A stretch of DNA of 6,010 nucleotides, from positions 1 through 6,010 of the forward strand of contig NW_021829489.1 in NCBI RefSeq assembly GCF_006345805.1, read 5' to 3'. Below the pieces are notes generated by a model that was given only the letters and a program-made list of their open reading frames with translations, was not told the origin of the DNA and ran no database searches. This document shows positions 1 to 6,010 of the stretch, piece after piece. The stretch is from Octopus sinensis (lineage: Eukaryota). Made by a program: the position numbers and the translations under genes. Every line of letters starts with the position of its first letter. Within the stretch, counting starts at the first letter, position 1.

Positions 1-82
1 TTTGTAAACCACTGTTCTTTCTAATGTGTTGAATTCACGTTAAAGTGGATTCCTTATGTGTATAAATATACACTATATTGTG

Positions 83-166
83 TATATATATATATACTAA
101 TATATATATATGTGTGTATATATATATATATATTATATATATATATATATAATATATATATATATA
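83..166. repeat. Interrupted (TA)n microsatellite with a short (TG)3 insert
   Basis: Direct reading: tatatata... from 83 to 166, with interruptions at about 97-100, 111-116, 133 and 151. Confidence 0.95.
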
Positions 167-616
167 AGTAACAAACACCAAGGCAAGACGTGCATCTCAG
201 GCCATTTAGAATATTTAATAAGAGTAAAAGTGAATCAAAATGGAGAAGTAGAAGTAAGTAATATCTCACAGCTGCTTTTGGGATATCCCAGGTAATGTGT
301 TCACATCCTCATAAAGTGGGCGTTCTGTCATCACAACCAAGGTGTGTATGCAAGAAAGTTTCAGACAGAGAATTCACAGTAGATAGAAGAATAAAGTTCA
401 CAGTTCATCTTGTTCCGGAGAGTATGGAAGTTTGTCCGTATTTCCGTGAAGGTATACCTCTTTACGTATAATCCCAGGTAAATCCAAGCAGTAGTTGGAG
501 TGATGCATTCAGACTGAAGGAATAGATCCAGCAGTTAGCATTCGTGTAGACAGTGTAATAAAAGTGAGCAGCAGGGCTATGTAATTGGAGAGAGACAGTT
601 AGGTAGACCAAGGCGT

Positions 617-772
617 CAGAGTGAAAGGAGGCGGGAGTGAGTGAAGAGAAGAGGAAAAAAAGAGAGAATAATAGAAATAAAGGTAAAAATGTAAAGAGAG
701 TAAAGAGCATAATAGAAATAAAAAGAACGAAAACAAAAATAAATACAAAATTAAAAGGTAAAAGGCCGGTAT
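617..772. repeat. Purine-rich (A/G) low-complexity tract
   Basis: The + strand is strongly A/G-biased. It contains a 14-bp direct repeat ATAATAGAAATAAA at 668-681 and 709-722. This bias explains the Phe/Leu-rich antisense ORF 462..842. Confidence 0.8.
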
Positions 773-1313
773 AATTCTTCGTTAGGGGTGAGAGGTCAGA
801 GGTTAAGATTTTGGTAAAGTGGAGGAGGAAGGCAGACGGCATTTTATGGCTATCAAAGGGTAATTAAATGGATAGATTAATTCTTGGTTCAACGTGGTCA
901 GAAAGAATATTTAACTTTTGTTCAGTGGTTTCAGTGGTCGGTAAAGAGAGCTACAATTGTAGAAATAGATGTCTAACTTTAGGAGAGGGAATATATTTAA
1001 AGTTTACTTAAAATTTAAAATTAACAAATAAAAATATTAGTGTAGCCAGCGTACTTCAAAGATTCATATGTTGAGGGAATAGGTATCAATAAATGAAGGA
1101 AATGCGTACGTATGTTGTTACGACTGTAAATGCAGAGAGACAGGCGTAGTAGATATGTGTCTTGATTTTACTTGCATTTGGACCTGTGGAAGAACCTAAA
1201 GGTACGATAGAACTTATGTTTACAGGAAGAAAATGCTTCATGTTGTCTATTGAGTATATGTGGGAAATCATGAATTAATATTTAGAGGACTTCCTTTAGA
1301 CAGAGACCGCATG

Positions 1314-1405
1314 CACCACCAAAACCATTATTACCACCACCACCACCACTACCACCAAAACCACCACCAAAACCATCATTACCACCACCACCACCACCAG
1401 CAGCA
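1314..1405. repeat. (CAC)n-based array with a 36-bp duplication at 48-bp period
   Basis: CACCACCAAAACCAT(T/C)ATTACCACCACCACCACCAC occurs at 1314-1349 and 1362-1397 with one mismatch. Confidence 0.9.
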
Positions 1406-1406
1406 C

Positions 1407-1534
1407 CAAAAGACACCGACAGAATAAGTACTAGGCTTAAAAAGTAAATAATTACTGGCGGTCGATTCATTCGACTAAAAAAATCTCCAACGCATGGCCG
1501 CAATATAGTGACCGAAAGAAGGAAAAGATAAAAG
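1407..1534 (+). mobile_element. 3' fragment of a SINE-like interspersed repeat (resembles the common Octopus SINE tail)
   Basis: In-window support: 1407-1438 matches the reverse complement of 5717-5748 at 23/32 ungapped, and 1494-1516 matches the reverse complement of 5635-5657 at 15/23, collinearly. It has a GTCGA-ttcat-TCGAC hairpin (1461-1475) and an A-rich AAAAGATAAAAG end. The family assignment comes from my recall of octopus repeats, not from a search. No tRNA-like A/B-box head is visible. Confidence 0.7.
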
Positions 1535-1811
1535 GCATAAGCTGTTACTCATTGTTCAAAGAAATCGGTCGTCAGACGATCGTAAGTCTTGGAACAATGC
1601 AAGGAAGTTTTTATCTGCTAATCACTTGGATAATTCCAGTTGATTTAAACATACTATAAATGGATGTATTACATATGCAAGATTCTACGGTATTTGAATT
1701 TAGTATGCAGAACACTTTTCTTTCCTACATGTCATAGACAGGGTTACCCCCTTGGGCTGTTTTCGGCGTTCTTAGAAGTATCGTATAAAGAGAGGGGGGG
1801 ACAGAAAAAAT

Positions 1812-2003
1812 TATGACGTCTTCGTCGTCATCGTTGTCGAAGTCGTCCATATTTTCGTTATAACCACCACCACCACCACCACCACCACTGTCACCGCTGC
1901 TACCATCACCGTCATCATCATCATCATCATCATCATAGTCATCATCATCGTCGTCGTCACGTTAATGTTCATCCTTCTCTTCAGCCTCGTCATCGTTACT
2001 GTC
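1812..2003. repeat. Compound trinucleotide array (CGT/CAC/CAT)
   Basis: Successive imperfect (CGT)n, (CAC)n, (CAT)n and (CGT)n runs are read directly. Confidence 0.9.
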
Positions 2004-2019
2004 GTTGATCACGTCGTTG

Positions 2020-2160
2020 TTCTCCTCCTCCTTCCCTCCTCCCCCTAACCACCACCACCACCACCACCACCACCACCTCCTCCCCTCTTACTCGCTCTCC
2101 TCCTTCCCCACTCCTCCACCTCATCTTCTCCTCCTTTCGCCTCCTCCTCCTCCTCATCTC
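2020..2160. repeat. C/T-rich (CCT)n-like tract containing a perfect (ACC)10
   Basis: (ACC)10 at 2048-2077, flanked by ctcctc/cctcct runs. Confidence 0.9.
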
Positions 2161-2256
2161 CCCATCATCATCATCATCATCGTCATCATCGTCATCATCA
2201 CCTCATCGTCATCATCATCATCATCATCGTCATCATCACCATCATCACCATCATCA

Positions 2257-2312
<56 letters not shown>

Positions 2313-2510
2313 CATCATCACATCACCATCATCATCATCAATCATCATCATATCATCATCATCATCCATCACCATCATCACCATCATCATCATCATCATC
2401 ACCATCATCTCATCATCATCATCATCATCATCAGCATCATCATCATCATCACATCATCAACGCATCAACAATCAATCATCATCATCAGCAGCAGCAGCAG
2501 CATCGGCATC
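2161..2510. repeat. Long imperfect (CAT)n microsatellite ending in (CAG)5
   Basis: About 290 bp of CAT units with CAC/CGT variants and several phase shifts. (CAG)5 lies at 2486-2500. Confidence 0.95.
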
Positions 2511-2604
2511 ACCAAAAAACAAACCCGATAGAACAACAATGTTACAGGGGCAATTACAGCAATTAAAAGAAAATACTAATTGAATTTTCGTTTTCTGATT
2601 CTCT

Positions 2605-2695
2605 TCCCATCAACCTCAGCTCCCACTTTTCTCCTCACCGTCCCTCCCTCCTCCTCCTCCCTCCTCCCCTTACCACCACCACCACCACCACCTCT
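2605..2695. repeat. Polypyrimidine/(CCT)n tract followed by a short (CAC)n
   Basis: Direct reading: ctccctccctcctcctcctccctcctcccct, then accaccacc... Confidence 0.85.
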
Positions 2696-2759
2696 GCCGA
2701 CACAGCCAACACCTCCACCACTACAACAACAATAACATCAACAACACCTTAAGCGATAC

Positions 2760-3190
2760 CACCGTTACTACCACTAAAATCACAACCACCACAACCATCA
2801 CCACAACCATCACCACCACCACCACCACCACCACCACCATCACCACCACAACCATCACCACAACCATCACCACCACCACCACCACCACCACCACCATCAC
2901 CACCACCACCATCACCACAACCATCACCACCACCACCACCACACCACCACCACCACCATCACCACCACAACCATCACCACAACCATCACCACCACCACCA
3001 TCACCACCACCACCACCACCACAACCACCACCACCACCATCACCACCACAACCATCACCACAACCACCACCACCACCACCACCACCACCACCACCACCAC
3101 CATCACCACCACCACAACCACCACCACCACCACCACCACCACCACCACCACCACCACCACCAACACCACACCACCACAATAACAACAACA
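2760..3190. repeat. (ACC)n array with recurrent ACCACAACCATC variant 12-mers
   Basis: Tandem pairs of ACCACAACCATC start at 2788, 2845 and 2964, with a partial pair at 3045. There is a phase shift near 2941. The array ends in (AAC)n. Confidence 0.95.
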
Positions 3191-3287
3191 GCAGTGACAT
3201 TATCCCGTATTCAATAGACTTTGTTGACACTGACAACAAAGATAGCCACGCCCACTTTTGTCTCTGTCATTCATAAGAGAGACTTAT

Positions 3288-3346
3288 GGTGGTGGAGGTG
3301 TGTGTGTGTGTCTGTTCGTGTGTGTGTGCTTGTGTGTGTGTGTGCT

Positions 3347-3381
<35 letters not shown>

Positions 3382-3574
3382 ATGTGGTGTCGTGTTGGTG
3401 TTGGTGGTGGAGGTGTGTGTGTGTCTGTTCGTGTGTGTGTGCTTGTGTGTGTGTGTGCTTGTGTGTGTGTGTGTGTTTGTGTGCGTGTGTGTGTGTATGT
3501 GGTGTCGTGTTGGTGTTGGTGGTGGAGGTGTGTGTGTGTGTGTTCGTGTGTGTGTGCTTGTGTGTGTGTGTGCT

Positions 3575-3607
<33 letters not shown>

Positions 3608-3730
3608 GTGTATGTGGTGTCGTGTTGGTGTTGGTGGTGGAGGTGTGTGTGTGTCTGTTCGTGTGTGTGTGTGCTTGTGTGTGTGTGCTTGTGTGTGTGT
3701 GTGCTTGTGTGTGTGTGTGTGTGTGTGTAG
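3288..3730. repeat. 115-bp higher-order minisatellite (about 3.9 copies) built from five (GT)n tracts and fixed linkers
   Basis: The anchor GGTGGTGGAG recurs at 3288, 3403, 3518 and 3633. Linkers CTGTTC, GCTT, GCTT, TT and ATGTGGTGTCGTGTTGGTGTT recur in order. The fourth copy is incomplete and divergent. Confidence 0.95.
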
Positions 3731-4380
3731 GTATGTATTTGGTATGTATGTACATGTGCATGCATATGTGTATATGCATGTATGTATGTATGTATGTATG
3801 TATGTAAGTATGTATTGTATGTATGGTATGTTATGTATGGGTATGTATGTATGTATGTATGTATCATGTATGTTTGTTGTATGTATGTATGGTATGTTAT
3901 GTATGTAATGTATGTATGTATGTATGTATGTATTATGTATTCATGTATGTATGTATGTATGTATGTATGTCCGTGTGCATTTGTTTATGTATATATCTGC
4001 GTATATATGTGTATGTATGTATGAATGTATGTATGTATGCATGTGTATGTGTGTATATATATATCTATGTATGAATATATGCATGTATGTATCTGCGTTT
4101 ATATCTGTACATGTATGTAAGTATGTATGTCTGTGTATGCCTGTATGTATGTATTATGTGTGTGTGTGTGTGTGTCTGTGTGTAGATTGTGTACCTAAAT
4201 CTGTTTTTGAATATGTGTGTGTGTATGTCTATATATATGTATGTATATATACATAGATTATGTATGAGCGCATGTCTGTAAGCATGCATGCATGCATATA
4301 TGTATGTATGCATGTATGTATGTACTTATACATACATGTATGTATGTTCGTGTGCATGTATGTATGTATGTATGTATGTA
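3731..4380. repeat. Degenerate (TATG)n satellite mixed with (TG)n, (TA)n and (GCAT)4
   Basis: Dominant TATG units are read directly. (GCAT)4 lies at 4282-4297 and (TG)n at about 4156-4182. Confidence 0.95.
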
Positions 4381-4419
4381 CGAATTATCAGGTCTTTTGT
4401 GAGCGCTACTCATAACATG

Positions 4420-4844
4420 TAACCCGGCAGAACCTGCTGCATCGTCGGGTCATCGGCGACTAAACTGACCACACCACTAAGCTTGCCGACTGAGTAGGGT
4501 AACTGGACACCTAGCAGGATGAGAAACAAAACCAGTCAAAGGACGGATCAACAGGTTAAAGCCAACGGCCATCCAATGGCCAAACATGGTCTGGTTGTTT
4601 CTTATGGACACCGTGGTTCTTGCAGCAACCATCATTAAACTGTTGACTTTGGTACAGGAAACACAATGGCAGCGCTGAGGGTTCATACGTTCTGAAAAAT
4701 ATTCGGACGCAACAGGTCCAGTCTGCAGAGAACCACTTGTACGAGAATGTAGGCAAGGTGTGCCGCATTATTAGGAATTAGAACCCCCTTGTCCGTGTTA
4801 GGACATCGCTCTAGAAGAAGAGGAGCTCTGACATGAAACTTGCG
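4420..4844 (+). mobile_element. Putative 5' end (leader and start of ORF) of an RTE-type non-LTR retrotransposon
   Basis: A complex, more GC-rich island between two simple repeats, with extensive base-pairing potential. It ends in a frame reading ...KKRSSDMKLA, like the basic segment plus 'MKLA(TWNV)' start of APE-type endonuclease domains. Only four residues of the motif are present, and the family call rests partly on recalled similarity. Confidence 0.45.
4647..4844 (+). pseudogene. Decayed reading frame, possibly the N-terminus of a LINE ORF
   Basis: One frame reads LWYRKHNGSAEGSYVLKNIRTQQVQSAENHLYENVGKVCRIIRN*NPLVRVRTSL*KKRSSDMKLA. Both stops are TAG (4779-4781, 4812-4814), each one C>T transition from CAG. 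The ATG at 4833 is in frame. Confidence 0.3.
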
Positions 4845-4930
4845 ATGGTAGTGGTAGTGGTGGTAGTCGAAGCGGTGGTGAGGATGATGGTGGTGGTAAT
4901 TAAAGTTGGGGCGTTGTGACGGTGTGGTGA
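4845..4930. repeat. Degenerate (GGT/GTA/GAT)n triplet tract
   Basis: atggtagtggtagtggtggtagtc...gatgatggtggtggt is read directly. Confidence 0.75.
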
Positions 4931-4939
4931 GAACGATGA

Positions 4940-5105
4940 AGCCAAAGACAGGTGAGAAAAGGGATTAAATTGGAGGAAGAATAAGGAGGAATAAGGGAAA
5001 CAAGGAAGAAATAGGGAAGAAATAAGGAAAGAGAAAGAGAGAGAAAAGGAGAGAAAGGAGAGAAAGGAGAGAAAGGGGAAGGACGAGGGGGAGAGAAGGG
5101 AGTAA
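4940..5105. repeat. Polypurine (GA-rich) tract with tandem GAGAAAGGA units
   Basis: Almost pure A/G from about 4975 to 5100. GAGAAAGGA-type units occur in tandem at about 5041-5076. Confidence 0.85.
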
Positions 5106-5603
5106 GGCAGCCAATGATGTTGAATAGTTCTTCTTATTGGGTTACCTATCATCTTCGTTCAGACAATGGGGTTGGTTGTATGTAAGACTTCTTCAAAGAG
5201 TATCATGCACAGGCATCACTTGTCGTACCAGCAGCGTCTTATACTGGGGAACGATGAAGTAGCTGTCATGTATATGTGCATGCATGCATGGCCCTTATGG
5301 AGGATGTGCCTGAGGGTTTTGCCTCAGTGCCCCTCCCGGCATTAGTGGGAAGAGAAAATGGGTGGACGGGTGAATTGCTTTAAAGTTACATATATCTGCA
5401 TTTAAGAGCGGGCAACTCACTTGATCGAGTAACTAAATCGTCATCATCGTCGATACCGACGGAGAACCAGTCATCCCATGCCTCATTCTTAACGTGAATA
5501 GCACGCACCCAGAATTTGAATTTGAATGGAAAGTTGGTTGTTGCTGGACGTGACACATTTCACCTCTTACCAGTGACCCCTTGAGCTGTGTGCTCTCTCA
5601 TAA

Positions 5604-5835
5604 TTTTACTGTTTATTTTTTAATTAAAAAAAAGTTCAGTCATTGAACTACAGCCTTCTAAAGGCACCGCATTGAAGGGTTTACTCCACCAAAGCGACCC
5701 TAGTACTCAGTTTTAAAAACATGGTACCTACTGTATCGGTCTGTTTTGCTGAACCGTTAAGTTACGATGAAGTAAACAAACCAACGTCGGTTGTTGATTT
5801 CTGTGTGTATACGAATACGAAGACACACACACATA
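5604..5835 (-). mobile_element. Second, longer 3' fragment of the same SINE-like repeat, in reverse orientation
   Basis: Collinear inverted similarity to 1407-1534 (see that entry). It continues through gaaccgttaagttacg...gtaaacaaaccaacgtcggttgt to a (CA)n run, as I recall for the octopus SINE body. The boundaries are approximate. Confidence 0.7.
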
Positions 5836-5840
5836 GTCAC

Positions 5841-5841
<1 letters not shown>

Positions 5842-5871
<30 letters not shown>

Positions 5872-5922
5872 TGTATGTATGTATGTATGTATGTATGTGT
5901 GTGTGTGTTGTGTATGTATGTA

Positions 5923-5959
<37 letters not shown>

Positions 5960-5990
5960 ATGTATGTGTGTGTGTGTATGTATGTGTGTT
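5842..5990. repeat. Perfect (TATG)14 followed by mixed (TG)n/(TATG)n
   Basis: (TATG)14 at 5842-5897 was counted directly. Confidence 0.95.
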
Positions 5991-6010
5991 TGCTTTTGTT
6001 GCTTTTGCGT

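Noticed and set aside
782-787. TTAGGG telomeric hexamer
   Set aside because: Single isolated occurrence with no array.
462-842. 126-aa hydrophobic ORF resembling a membrane protein
   Set aside because: The Phe/Leu run is the antisense of an A/G-rich tract, and no recognisable family motif is present.
845-1300. AT-rich segment with the 61-aa ORF 1086..1271 as a possible decayed transposon
   Set aside because: No RT, endonuclease or transposase motif was recognised in the frames I translated.
2154-3239. Poly-Met/Asp, poly-Gly and poly-Val ORFs on the minus strand (glycine-rich protein look-alike)
   Set aside because: They are antisense readings of (CAT)n and (CAC)n. The residue switches follow repeat phase shifts and there is no non-repetitive domain.
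3288-3730. CRISPR-like repeat/spacer appearance
   Set aside because: The 'spacers' are near-identical (GT)n blocks rather than unique sequences, the context is eukaryotic and there are no cas genes.
3221-4313. Overlapping ORFs on both strands (poly-CV, poly-HT, MYVC repeats)
   Set aside because: They are translations of (GT)n and (TATG)n repeats. Several frames are open at once simply because the repeats lack stop codons.
4400-4560. Canonical hammerhead, twister or complete HDV-like ribozyme
   Set aside because: No CUGAnGA...GAAA hammerhead core with proper stems, no twister core, and no HDV L3 (UCCnCG-like) or GG before the P4-like stem could be found. It is kept only as a non-canonical structure hypothesis.
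4811-5152. 113-aa minus-strand ORF
   Set aside because: Composed of the antisense polypurine tract (S/F/L) and the (GGT)n tract (poly-Thr).
5105-5600. Unique-looking 500-bp segment with short frames (e.g. minus-strand ...WDDWFSVGIDDDDDL...) and hairpin CTGAGG-gttttg-CCTCAG (5310-5327)
   Set aside because: Frames are under 60 aa with no recognisable motif, and a 6-bp stem is expected by chance. The segment remains unexplained and needs BLASTN/BLASTX.

Overview
Eukaryotic, apparently non-coding (intronic or intergenic) DNA, roughly half of it simple-sequence repeat: (TA)n, (CAC)n/(CAT)n/(CGT)n compound arrays, a 115-bp (GT)-based minisatellite, (TATG)n, and polypurine tracts. No protein-coding gene is supported, and the supplied ORFs are mostly by-products of the repeats. 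Two diverged fragments of the same interspersed repeat lie in opposite orientations (about 1407-1534 on +, about 5604-5835 on -). From memory they resemble the 3' part of an abundant Octopus SINE family, so a cephalopod source is inferred but not verified. A unique-looking 420-bp block (about 4420-4844) looks like the 5' end of an RTE-type LINE: a structured leader plus a decayed frame that stops at 'MKLA'. The best leads are a hairpin plus H-type pseudoknot at the start of that block, the 5'-end-only LINE remnant, and a minisatellite whose period stays exactly 115 bp while its internal GT tracts vary. Nothing here demonstrates a new biological system.
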